Assembly: GCF_006345805.1 (NCBI RefSeq)
Contig: NC_042997.1
Coordinates: 137,330,001 to 137,394,000 of the forward strand
Reading direction: 5' to 3'
Source: Octopus sinensis
Taxonomy: Eukaryota
Length of the DNA stretch: 64,000 bases
Under the pieces are notes generated by a model, which saw nothing but the letters and a program-made list of their open reading frames with translations, had not been told where the DNA came from and ran no database searches. Position 1 is the first letter of the stretch, and the number at the start of each line of letters is the position of its first letter. Shown piece after piece: positions 35,971-48,150 of the stretch. Position numbers and translations under genes: made by a program.

Positions 35971-37739
35971 TTTGAGCTTTCACATTCTGGTTACTTCACT
36001 GGGTCAGTAGTAAGCAAACCAAGAAGGTAACTGTGTTTGCTTGCATCAACATGGGTGGTACCTGAAACCATTAGCAAAAGTATGGTAATGAGGAGATACC
36101 AAATCATCCTCAATTACAAGTGATGACTGTGGAAGTTATGTCACATGGAAAAAAAGAAAAAAAATTTATAACACAAATATTACCTGAACAAATTTACTGC
36201 AAAAACAGTATTACTTTTTAAATGGGTAAATCAAAATGTATTTCATTCAGCCATAACAATATTTTGTTTTCTTATGTTTGTGACATAAAAATATGTCGCA
36301 AACTTGATGTTTAAAATACCGATATAATTTAAACAAGTATGTCTCTGTACGTTTCAATAAAAGTATTTTTTAATTTCCATATGTATTTTATTGTAAGCTA
36401 CAGAATTTACTATCTTTCAGAGAATTAGTATTTTTCATAAGCATGTTAGTTAAATAATAATGCAACTATGGCAATGAGTATTCAATAAATCTATAATTTA
36501 TTTCCCTGTTGGTATACAATGTCTAGCAAGTAAGACTACTGAACTGAAAGTACCTTCCCTTTACACTGGGTGAGTTTATTATATCAATATAAACTCCATA
36601 TAGTCAACTAATATCATTGGAAAAGTTATAAGTATTAAAATATTTTGTTTCAGATATTTCAAAATACCTAATTTTATAACTCATTTCCTTCACCTATAAA
36701 CCTGTGTTAAGTCAATCATAAATAATAGAGATTACGTTGATAGTGAATGTGGAACAAAATAAACTGTGATTAAGTTCTGGTTTTCTCAGTTCTGAGTTCA
36801 AATCCATCTGGGTCTGATTTTCATCCTTTGGAGGATTGATAAAAAATTACTGATCATATTCTGACTTCTAACACATACTACATTCTTTCTCTTTAGAAAA
36901 TAGTTCTTATATGAACGCAGGTTTTAGTATGGGACAACACTTGATTTCTTTGGCTAGCATAAGGTCTTAAATTTATAGGGAAGGGTAAATGACATTGACC
37001 TTTATTTTGTATGTGTTATAAATGAAAAAGAATGGTTATAACTAAGTATGAAAACTGGGTCACAGACTTTGTTGGCTTTCCGGAAGCTTATCTCTACTAT
37101 ACAGCACAGACTACAAATAAGCTGATCAATAGTAAAAATGGAGGAAACCCTAGTAGTTGTGGATAAGAAATCTATTATTATTAAGCATTGGTGTATAAAT
37201 AGCAACTAGGTCTTTGAATTCACCTTGTACCAGTAAGTCTTAGATGCTAGATCGTTGATTTTTTTTTAATGCTAGGTTATGAAAACATGAACCATTTCAT
37301 CAAATTTGTATATGAGCCCAAAAAGGAGCTTTTACATGCTCATTTGACCTGCCAGAAATATCAGTCAAATCTCCTTCAGACTATAGTGTATTGTATTAAA
37401 AAAAAGATACATTGGCAATGCAGTCAAAAGTACACTGAAATTGAAAAAAAATGTGGTGGTCATGGCTGGAGAGACTTTGAACATTGGGCAACTTGATCAA
37501 GTTTGATCTAAGGTTAAACAACAACAACTGCTAGCATGTGAGCCTCTATGAGTCAATAAAACTGCAAGAAATACTTGCCAAATCTCCCTCAAATCATATC
37601 TTAGATAAAGAATACATTGGACAGTATAGGCTGAGTATAGCAAAAGGGTCTCTTTTACTCATGAAAAACTACTATCCAAAATAGTGCTTTCATGTATTGC
37701 ACTACCTAAAAGCTGTCTCACCTACCAAACTGCAGTTGG

Positions 37740-38690
37740 TCCTTCATAAAGAAGATCTCTAACAGCTTTGGGGACTCTCCCTATTTGCCTTTCCTTAACC
37801 AAATTGGCCGCACAAGTTGTTCTTCTACAGGAAAAAACAAAACAAAAACCACTACATTTACTGCCTGCTTTTGTCTCCAATTTTACACTGCACACATTCA
37901 ATAAAACTCTTCAAAACTTTTTCCACTCTACCAGTCACCTCACTGCAAACACAGGCTTGTCAATCGCAAAAACAGCTCTTGTTGGTTCCAACCAACAAGG
38001 TTACTGATTCTCTCAATATCCCTTCAATTATTCTCAAATAGTACATTCCAGAAGTTGAGCCTATTCTTGCTAAACTCTCCAATCTTTCCCCCTCTTTACT
38101 GGGATTTATTGTAATTTTCAGAAACATGCTCCAGCATGTCCCATCCACTACAAAGGCAACCCCTTTAACCCTGCTTATTGTTTTCTTGCTCAGCATCTCA
38201 AAGATGATATAAATAGTCATTAACAATCAATTTTTCCAACAACTGTATGGCTTTTGTAGAGCCAGGTCTATAGGGATTTGCTACACTCTATCATCTTCCA
38301 GTAGCCTTTCACCCTTAAAAAGTTTATTGAAAGCAATCAGTGCACTTGGCACCAGTAAAAATTTCTATCATGTCTGATATGAAAATCTTCCAGCTAAGTT
38401 GCCTCCCTATGGACTCCATCTGTGTCTCATCTCCTGGATTAGATATTTCTAGTCAGACTACAAAATTGAAGTGAGCACTGATACAACTTTGTCTGATCCA
38501 TATTATACCAGCTCTGCATGTCCCCAAACTTCAGTTATTCTTTTACGTTTCAGCCTTGAAGCTGTGACTGTGCTGAAGTGCTACCAGTGGTATATATAAT
38601 CTTTTGTACTCTTGCCGTCACCTCTAACAATACTTATTTCTGCGCAGATAATATCATCCTATACTCTTCTCTAACTTTCTGTATATGGCT
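37740..38690 (+). mobile_element. Highly degenerate CR1/Jockey-group LINE RT
   Basis: Fragments DSLNIPSIILK..PEVEPILAKL, YGFCRARSIGDLL, KLPPYGL..LISWIRYF, CPQTSV and FCADN follow RT motif order. Confidence 0.55.
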
Positions 38691-40429
38691 ATTTTCTACA
38701 TACTAAACTTGCACTGTTTGGGGAAAAGATACTTCTACTTGACCAAAGTTGACCTGGGGGTAAAAGAAAACAATAACAACAGCAGCAACACTTTTGTTGC
38801 CACAACTACATTCATCACCAACAGACATATGAACAAAGCATTTAAAAACTAAATTAAATTGTTTTAAGTGTAGCTTTATTGAATTTCATAGAGTTACAGA
38901 TTCACACCTTTTTTTTCCCCTCACATTAGAGTTTTACTTACACAGTTTCAAAGGATATTAAGTGTCATACCATTTTCCCAGATTTAATATCATTGTTACA
39001 TTGCTACAGATTATATTTCATAGCATATTATAGCCTCTTAAACTATTTCCCATCATACCATTACTTTTCTCGAGTATTTCATGGCATCTAAGTATTTCAG
39101 GTGATATTTGATTGCATTTTGTTATCACATACTTGACGTTATTACATGTTGTTTGTCCTTCACTTTCAAAGATGACTAAGACTCCCCCTTTAATACACTA
39201 CAACAATAGAGGATGCAGCTGTGAAAGTGACCAGATATTTGTGACTTGCTCCATCTATATTACAACTTCAGTAGAATAAAACCCACTGACGTGACTGTAT
39301 TTCATTGGCTCAGATGTACATGATACTCTGACCATTGCAACAAAATGTCTACCATCTGTTTGTGGTTTGAAGAAGTTTAAATCTTGACTTGCACTGAACT
39401 TTGATTATAGTGAGAGAAGTCTGTGTCAAACGACCAACCTCACTCTCTCAATTCTGACTTCCTGAACCAGTGGTAAAGCTGTTAGAATGACTGGATGTAT
39501 ATCAGGGATGCAGTGGGTAACGATATGACCTATATATCTCACTACACTGCAATGTTGCAAGATATCACTTTTATGCCCATTGAAACTCAACCACCAGAGG
39601 TTGGGTTTCCACTGTGCAATCTTCAGAAAATCAATCTTTGCATACATCTTTAACATGCATATATAGACAATAGCAGAAGGGCATTAACTCCCCTTCGATA
39701 AGTTTATTTTTTATCCCACATGATGTACAAGAATCAGCCTCTTCATCAAGTAAACTTGGTAGGATTGACATCAATGATAGCTAGAGTGTGTTTCACTTAA
39801 GGGAACCCTTGAGGTTCATTCATACCCCCACTACCTCCTATACAGGTTTATATAACAGACCCAAAACTGATGTCTCCATTGCTTACATCACTAGCTATGT
39901 CATTATTGTCAGTTAAGTTGCCAGTAACATGGCTATGCAATAGTTTGTATAGGGTTACATGTTATCAGTAGCACACACAAGTCAACTAACCTATTGCCTT
40001 ATTATATATTACATTTAGTGTTTAACATTAGTCAGGCATTTAAAACTTTTCCTACTTCATCAACGAATTTTATAATAGTTGCAATAATCCATATGATTTA
40101 TCACATTCAATAGAATTTTGCTTCATTTTCCTGAATTTCATAGCATTTCACTGTAACTCACAATTCAAAAGAATCTTACATGATTTCCCTAGGTGTCACA
40201 GGTTGTAGTCTGAGCCAGTGAGTGAATCTCTATGTATGTTGCTCATCCTACAAAAGATATCAACCAAATCTCCCTTATATCCCTCCCTACTGCCTTATAG
40301 ATAATAAAAAAAGGAAGGATGAGTCTGAAAGAAAGCATAGCCCTGATACTTATGGTTAGAAGTGTTTGATCAAAGCTGACCTTGGGCTTAACAACAGCAT
40401 CAAGTGGAGTATCTTTCAATATTTCAATG

Positions 40430-40660
40430 AGCTGAAGGTGGTGAGCTGGCGAGAATTGTTAGCCCACCAGGCAAAATGCTTAGTGCATTTCATCCGTCTT
40501 TATGTTCTGAGTTCAAATTCCACTGAGGTCGACTTTGCCTTACATCCTTTTGGGGTTGATAAAATAAGTACCAGTTAATCACTGGGGCCAATGTAATTGA
40601 CTTACCTTTTTGCCCCAAATTACTAGCCTTGTGCCAAATTTGAAACCAATATTTCAATGA
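40430..40660 (+). mobile_element. SINE family B (representative; relatives at ~33620, 35830, 36780, 43420, and inverted at ~45520 and 54670)
   Basis: Shared core gagttcaaattcc..gaggtcgactttgcctttcatccttt..gggg..gataaa.taagtaccag. Confidence 0.65.
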
Positions 40661-40679
40661 GCTATATAATATTTCACAA

Positions 40680-41015
40680 GGCACATGGCTCGGTGGTTAG
40701 AGCATTGGACTCACAATCACAAGCTAGTTTGATTCCTGAACTGGACCGTGTGTTGTGTCCTTGAGCAAGACACTTTATTTCACATTGCTCCAGTTCATTC
40801 AGCTGTAGAAATGTGTTGCAACGTCACTGGTGCGAGGCTGTATTGGCTTTTGCTTTTCTCTTGGGTAACATCGGTGGCATGGAAAGGGAAGGCTGATATG
40901 CATGGATGACTGTTGGTTTTCCATAAACAATCTTGTCTGGACTTGTGTCTTGGAAGTTAACTTTCCAGGTGCAAATCTCCGGTCATTCATGACCAAAGGG
41001 AGTCTTTACCTTTTT
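40680..41015 (+). mobile_element. tRNA-headed SINE family C
   Basis: A-box-like GGCTCGGTGGTTAGAGC, B-box-like GTTTGATTCC and a central tgttgtgtccttgagcaagacacttt domain. Confidence 0.65.
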
Positions 41016-41329
41016 ACTAACACAAATATTACAAGATGAATTATTGTAAGCAAGAATCAATTAATTTGATAAGTAATTTGCAATTTAAGATTGTGTATTC
41101 ATCTTTTTACAAATGTGAACATTTGATCTTTGTTTTGTGATAGTGAAGTCCATCATGTATTGGAACATATGTCATCCTTGAAGACTTCATTATCATATAG
41201 TGTATATAGAACAAGCAACACTTATGGGAAAACTTGAAGTCAACACTACACGTTAGCACAACAATAATCAATTATTTAGTTGTATTGCAGCAATTAGTGA
41301 TGATCTATACTTTAGTATTTGATCTATTT

Positions 41330-41700
41330 AACTGTACCATAGTATGGTAACTATAAAACTTTACTACAGTAGAGTACCTATTTAGCTGTATAACAGAACA
41401 TTACTCATTAGCTGTACGAGTACCACAGTATGGTACCTATTTAGTTATACCACTGAATGGACCTATTAAATTGTACTACAGTATGGCACCTATTCAGCAA
41501 TACCACAGTATGGTTCCTGTTCAACTATACCACAGTGTAGTACCTGTTAAGCTGTACTATAGAAGGGTACCTATTAAATTATACAACAGTATGGTGTTTA
41601 TTAAATTGCACTACAGTATGGTACCTATTAAACTGTTTCAGAGTATAGTACCTATTTATCTGTACTACAATATGGCAGTTATTTACATGGACCAGTTATA
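41330..41700. repeat. Degenerate 27-bp minisatellite (consensus ~tactacagtatggtacctattaaattg)
   Basis: About 12 units. It resumes briefly after the MITE at 41713-41934. Confidence 0.8.
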
Positions 41701-41712
41701 GTATATGTTTAA

Positions 41713-41934
41713 CCCTTTCATTACCAATCCGGCTGAAACCGGCTCTAACTCTGTAGTACAAATGTCTTGTTTTCATAAGTTTTGAATTAAAACCTTCCAG
41801 CAAACCTTAGTCACAATTTATGTTCCTAACACTAGCTGAATGATAATTAAGTTATTTTACTAAATTCTTAGTTATATTTTAAATTAACTGAAAGGAACAT
41901 AGAGCATCTCAACAGAAATACAGTAACGAAAGGG
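41713..41934. mobile_element. piggyBac-like MITE (family P2)
   Basis: TTAA on both sides; TIRs ccctttcattac and gtaacgaaaggg. Confidence 0.85.
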
Positions 41935-42853
41935 TTAATGCATCATGGTACAGTTCTTAGTTGTATCACTGAATAGTACCTATTTAACTAGGATAACTAT
42001 GATGTGTTAAGTGTTGTGCACATGGAGATCAGCCAGTAGACAGAAACTCAAGGTTCATGTAACTGCAATCCCACTGGCACTGTAGAAAGAACCCATTAGA
42101 AAAATTAGTCTGACAAAAAGACGGGATGGACAAGGTGAGAATGACTTTGATTATATGTCTGGTTGATCAGGGCTGATTAATAGTAACTATCAAATTCTTT
42201 CTTAACTTGTATTTTATCTGTTATTCAACCAAGAATCATTATGTACTTGCCATTGATTTCAGTAAATGGACCTATCTATTTATTGCATTATAATATAAGA
42301 GGTTGAATTTATAGTGAAAATGACCGAGAATTTTCTAGATACTTATGCTCTTAGTGTAATTTTCAAGAAGACTCAATAAGATACTATATGTTAGATGGCA
42401 GATTTTTAAAACTATAGGTGCAGGCATTCTAGTGACCTTCCTCATAGTTTCTGTCAAATTTGACTCATAAGGCTTGAGTTTACCCAAGGCTGTGGTTAAA
42501 AAAAAAAAAAACATTTGCCAAAGGAGCCGCTTAGTGAGATTTAACGTATTGATGATTTGGTCTTGCTTTGTATCAATACGTTTCAGGTTATAACTTGCCA
42601 CAAGTTTTATACCATATTCAACAAACTGTGACATCATTCACTCCTAAACTCATTGATATAAATAATTATAAAATCAATCTCTATATGGAGACATAGTTCA
42701 TAGTCTTAACTAACATGTACAAACCTGATACAATTTAAGAACTGTCACTCCTTTAACTCATTCAAGTTTATATCTAATGAAAGAAATGTTTAGTAACTAA
42801 AATACAGCAGTTTAAAATTTTTGATTTTACTGTTGATGAATTAATATATTTAA

Positions 42854-43072
42854 CCCTTTAGTATTTAAACCGGCCATATCCGGCCAAAATAGCTAATCTG
42901 TTTTATGTTCAAACTGACCAGATCCAGCCTCTCACACCTACCCTACAATGTTATTCTACATTAAGTAATTACACCATCAAGATCTTGAAGATATGAGATA
43001 ATGCATGATTAATTCAAATCAATGGGAATCAATAAGCATTATGTTTGATTGAATAATCTGAACACTAAAGGG
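42854..43072. mobile_element. piggyBac-like MITE (family P1)
   Basis: TTAA on both sides; TIRs ccctttagta and cactaaaggg. Confidence 0.85.
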
Positions 43073-43346
43073 TTAAAGCATGTGACAAGTACTGTAGCAT
43101 GAAAAAGAAATTTTCAGTCATCAGAAACTAGAACATAATTTCAATCCTTATTTGATGTTATATCATTTCCTTTACATTACAATTACTTTTGGGAATAATA
43201 TGCATGTTACAAAAACTGTTTTATTTTGCCTATATAAAACAGATATTTGAAACTAATGGGTTCTACATTTCTGTTCCAAATCTTCATTGGGAATAAAATT
43301 TCTTTCAAGCTTCCAGTTGCTGTCATTATTCATAAATGCTGAATTG

Positions 43347-43409
43347 TTAGCACACTAGGCTATTTAGCACACTAGGCTATTTAGCACACTAGGCTATTTA
43401 GCACACTAG
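43347..43409. repeat. 17-bp tandem repeat x3.7 (ttagcacactaggctat)
   Basis: Perfect units seen directly. Confidence 0.95.
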
Positions 43410-46400
43410 TATTTCATCTGCTGCTATCTTCTGAGTTCAAATTCTGCTAAGGTCGACTTTGCCTTTCATCCTTTCGGGATCGATAAATTAAGTACCAGCT
43501 AAATACTGGGGATGATGTAATCGACTATCCCCCACCTGCTATTTCAGGCCTTGTGCCTATAGTAGAAAGAATTATTCATAAATGCTATTTTAACAGTAAA
43601 TCTTGACAATGGATTGGTTAAATCAGGTTCACAGTTGCTAGCAACACTCTTGATAGTTGTCATACACAACAAATATAACCATGAATAAGTATACAGAGAA
43701 CTTGCTCAGTGAGTCTATTGTTATTTATATATAAATCCAAATCAAATACTTACTCAGTAAGCACTGAGTGGATGATATAAGGGTAAATCGGCATAAATTT
43801 GTATTAATAATATATAAGCTATAATTGTTATGTATTCAAATAACTGTAACGATAAAAATTTCACAAAAAGTCCTTGCCCTATATCCCAGTATGAGTGTTA
43901 GAACTTCTGTTTCACCATTGCATATATTTTCAACATTTTATCCAATAGTCTCTGTATTTTCATAATTATTGCATAGCCCCAGACTAACCAATAACCAAAC
44001 ATTCCAGCTGAGACTATCCTATCTTTTTGCATATCAGGAATTAGATTGTCCAGTGTGTTCTTCCTTCTTTTAAGACACTAAGGCTTGATCTGATGAAAAT
44101 TTAGCTATTAATTCTAGTAGATTTTGTTGGCTAGCATATTTTAATGCTAAATCCTGCCAGTAAGTTAAAGCTGTCTACTATAATCTATTAAATGCTAGGA
44201 CACAACCTGCTGGATGATAATTTAATATGGCAACTCTGAATGTTCAATTCTAATTTATGCTTGAACGTTTATTTCTTCATCAGTAAGTGTCTGACATGGA
44301 AAATGGTCACATTCCCCTTCTAAACTAACAGAAATTACAGTTTCATCTGTCAGAGAAATAACTATTGTTCAAATGTAGTTTCTTCATTGCATAGACAACA
44401 ATAATAGGCATCAACCAATCCAATTCATACCCTGAGTGATGATAATTGCTATTATTCCATAACAGCAATAAATTTACAAATATTTTCCAGTTTAGTCATA
44501 TTGTCATGTTTTTGTTAGATGTTGTTATAGTTAAATTTGAATATATCTACTAACAGCACTTAAGTTGGATTCATTTACACATCTGCTACTTGAAAACTAT
44601 TAATGATACTTGTCCAAAGTAGACTCCATGATTAAGGACGGGTCATAGTTTCATAATGCTATTTCGGAAAGAAGAAGGAAGGGTGATGTGAAAATATTTA
44701 TTATAGTTTTAATATTTTTTTGTATTGTTAACAGTTCATATTTAGTGAATATTTTGGATAGAATTAAGGGAAATAGATTGGATAAACATTGTGATATGAT
44801 TTAGTGTTCAAATATTGACATCATCCAAAATTAACATGATGTTTCACTCTTTGGGGAGGGAATTGTTGTTTAACTCCAGGTTATCTCTGACTGTGCAGAT
44901 TTATGAGCAAATTATTCTAGCCATGACAACTCCATCTTCTCAGACAATGCTCTCAGAATCACATTACCCAATACGTTCTTGTCTTCTAAGATGATAGGTG
45001 TATGATTTGAGGGAGATTTTGTAATAATTACTTGCTGGTCTAGCAACTAACCAGAGGCAATCTCAATGGTTTGTCATCTCTCATTGGCTCAGGTCTCCAA
45101 CTGCCTTATTGATTTTGGTTCTCTTGTTTGCTTGTTGATGAAATAGTTATCAGTAATTTTATGGAGCCTAAAGTTTGATTAAACAGCTTCATTCCTTATA
45201 TTTGGATGGCCTGTAGTAGTGTTTGGAAGTTTATTTCAATGTTTAATATGATGAGTAACACCCTAGAGAATATACTTTTGCCACTGTGGGTAATATCAGG
45301 CAAAGTTACATAGGTATAATAATTATAATGTTGCTTTTTTCAAATTATATGGTGCATATGCAAAATAATACAAGTGAATACTAATTTCCAAAATAAAAGT
45401 ATTTATTAAATCAGAATAAAATTAAAGCAGATTTCTCATTTGTGTATTTGTAATAAATATATGCTATTGACAACAACAATATTGTTTATAAATTAACTAA
45501 TCCTTTTCTACTCTAGGCACAAGATCAACCCCAGTACACAACTGGTATTTAATTTATCAACCCCAAAAGGATGAAAGGCAAAGTCGACCTTGATGGAATT
45601 TTAACTCAGAATGTAAAGATGGACAAAATATCGCTAAACATTTCACCCAGCATGCTAGCGTTTCTGCCAGCTCACCACCAGATATAACATTAATTACAGA
45701 TATAACATCATCTATAGCAAAGATATATTCCCAACATTATTTGTCAAGTGACAGCTGACACTTGAGTTAGCCTATAATTTCTAAGGAAGACAAAAAATAA
45801 GAGTAACCTTGCTTTGAGGGATAGACAACTTGAGAGAGATGGAGGGCATTCTGGAAAGATGGTGTTGTAGAGAAAATAGATGTATAAAGCATTTGGCTTG
45901 AGATACAGGAGTGGCAAGTATATTGCCTTGCATTGTTGTGAAGATTGTTAAACAAATATTTATTTCTTTGAATTCTTTAAATCCAACTTGTTGCTTCTCA
46001 CTACTTACATCAGTAGGCCTTTGACTTGTTAGAAATATTATCAAAATTTTCCCCAAATGTCTTAAATAAAGGATTTATTGAGCAATGTAGTTACTGAAGA
46101 GGGCTTGTCTTATCTAGAATGTTTTTTGATCAAAAATCTGTTTAATTAGAGCTGACCTGCAACAATAACAACAACAAAAACACCAGCAGCAGCAGCAACA
46201 ACAACAACAACAACAACAATCATCCGTTATCGATAAGACTTCTGATATATCTTGTCATGGAGATATGATAACCTGAACTGTGTCTAACGATACTAAAATG
46301 TAAATATTATTTCTAGGATTAGAAAACACATTTAATTCTTTTATGAAACTAACTTTCTCAATATTGATTTTCCTCAATACAGATGCTTGTATTAGTCATG

Positions 46401-47189
46401 GATATAATCCATCTTAGAAATCTTCCTTTACTTTTTTTCATATTGCAAAAGATGTATCAAGATTTAGCATTTTGTTGAGAATCAAAATATTATTCAACCC
46501 TTAGCAAATACTGGTTGATGCCTCTTATGCCCAATTTTTTTCTCAATACATTTGCATTTTGTTGTATGGGAACACAAATTGCACATCCAATGGAGCACAC
46601 TAGCTTCCATGTCTTTCTATTTTACGCATGACCTCTGCATTCACAGTCTATGTTTCAATACCTTGTAGTATTGCTGTTCATACATGAGCTTCATATATTG
46701 TCTTTCATTTTGAGAGAGGAACCTTTTATTACTGACAGAGGCAACATCACTCTGAACTTTCTCTAGCCAGTTTGTATTCTAGCAACTATACTTTCAAAAT
46801 ATCCTTCATAACTAATTAAAACACTTAGATAACAGAAACTATTAATAACCCCTAAGTGCTATCCATAAGAAAATCTATTTTCCACACATTCTTAATGCTT
46901 ATTCCTTCTGTACATTTGCCACAAAGTTTACTTTTTCTCTTAATCTTCCAGTTATTCTACTGCACTGTACCTCTTGTATGTCCATAATTAGCACTAGGTA
47001 AACCATTTGAAATTTATATCTATATGTTGGACATGACTATTTTCCTGAAAAGGATTAGCATCTTGCTTCTTTTCCTGCTTACTAGAACTTTGGCTTTGAT
47101 AAGTTAACTTTAAGGGCTTTTGATTCCAGGTTTTGCTTTCATGTTTGGAATTTCTTCTCTAATTCTACTACAAATTTAGCTTGAAGAAA

Positions 47190-47555
47190 GAAGGCTAACA
47201 GCATAAAGGAATTCCAATGGGCAACCAGTCTTAAACACTTCTGATATGGCCAGGAGGACAATGATATTTTGGAGAAGACTGAGAACTGAGCCCTATGAAC
47301 TCCTACCTGCACACTAAATTCCTTGTATCATTGCTAGTTCTCACCTTACTGACAGCACTCACCAACCATCCATTTGTCTACTCCTAGCTTCCACAGTGAT
47401 CACCGTATCAGAGAATAAGGGACCCTATTAAAAGCTTTCTCCAGGTCAATAAATGCCAGTTACAGCAATTTACTTTTGGCTAAATACTTCTACAGCTACT
47501 TTACTTTAGAGGGAACATCAGTAGTACTTCTGCCTGGCACAAAACTTTTGGAATT
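47190..47555 (-). mobile_element. Old RTE RT fragment
   Basis: Reverse-complement similarity to the RT region at ~25350-25700 (FIDLEKAF, GSVLS). Confidence 0.55.
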
Positions 47556-47727
47556 TTTGCTGGAACAACTTTGTTTTTTCTTTGCTCATTATAATGTAGT
47601 GGGAAGCAAGAAAATAAATTGAATGATTAATAAAAATATAAAATTGAAAACACAACTTATCAGTTTGCTGCTAACAATTCTTTCATTCGTCATTAACAAT
47701 TCTTATGTTTGCTGCTTACAAATTCTT

Positions 47728-48150
47728 GAGGTGAAGAATACTGATTTAGGATGTTGGGTGGCCAACTTATAAATGGGAAAGTAAAAGTAAAATCTGCAGA
47801 AATCCTAAAATTGTGTTCTGATATAAACCTGGGAACAACATATTTTGCTTCCAGTCTTACATTTAATATCTATTGGTAAAACCACAAATATAACTACAAT
47901 ACTTGAAAAAAAAAAAGTAAGTGGTAATATAAACAGGGAGGTGAAGAATACTGATTTAGGATGTTGGGTGGCCAACTTATAAATGGGAAAGTAAAAGTAA
48001 AATCTGCAGAAATCCTAAAATTGTGTTCTGATATAAACCTGGGAACAACATATTTTGCTTCCAGTCTTACATTTAATATCTATTGGTAAAACCACAAATA
48101 TAACTACAATACTTGAAAAAAAAAAAGTAAGTGGTAATATAAACAGGGAG
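47728..48150. repeat. Perfect 210-bp tandem duplication
   Basis: 47731-47940 is identical to 47941-48150, with a 3-bp GAG junction homology. Confidence 0.97.

Noticed and set aside
40680-40760. tRNA gene calls for A/B-box sequences (also at 3991, 11236 and 60292)
   Set aside because: No complete cloverleaf; these are SINE heads followed by SINE bodies.
41471-41701. Tyr/Met-rich repeat peptide as a reflectin-like protein
   Set aside because: It lacks the M/F-D-X5 reflectin motif and is a minisatellite translation.
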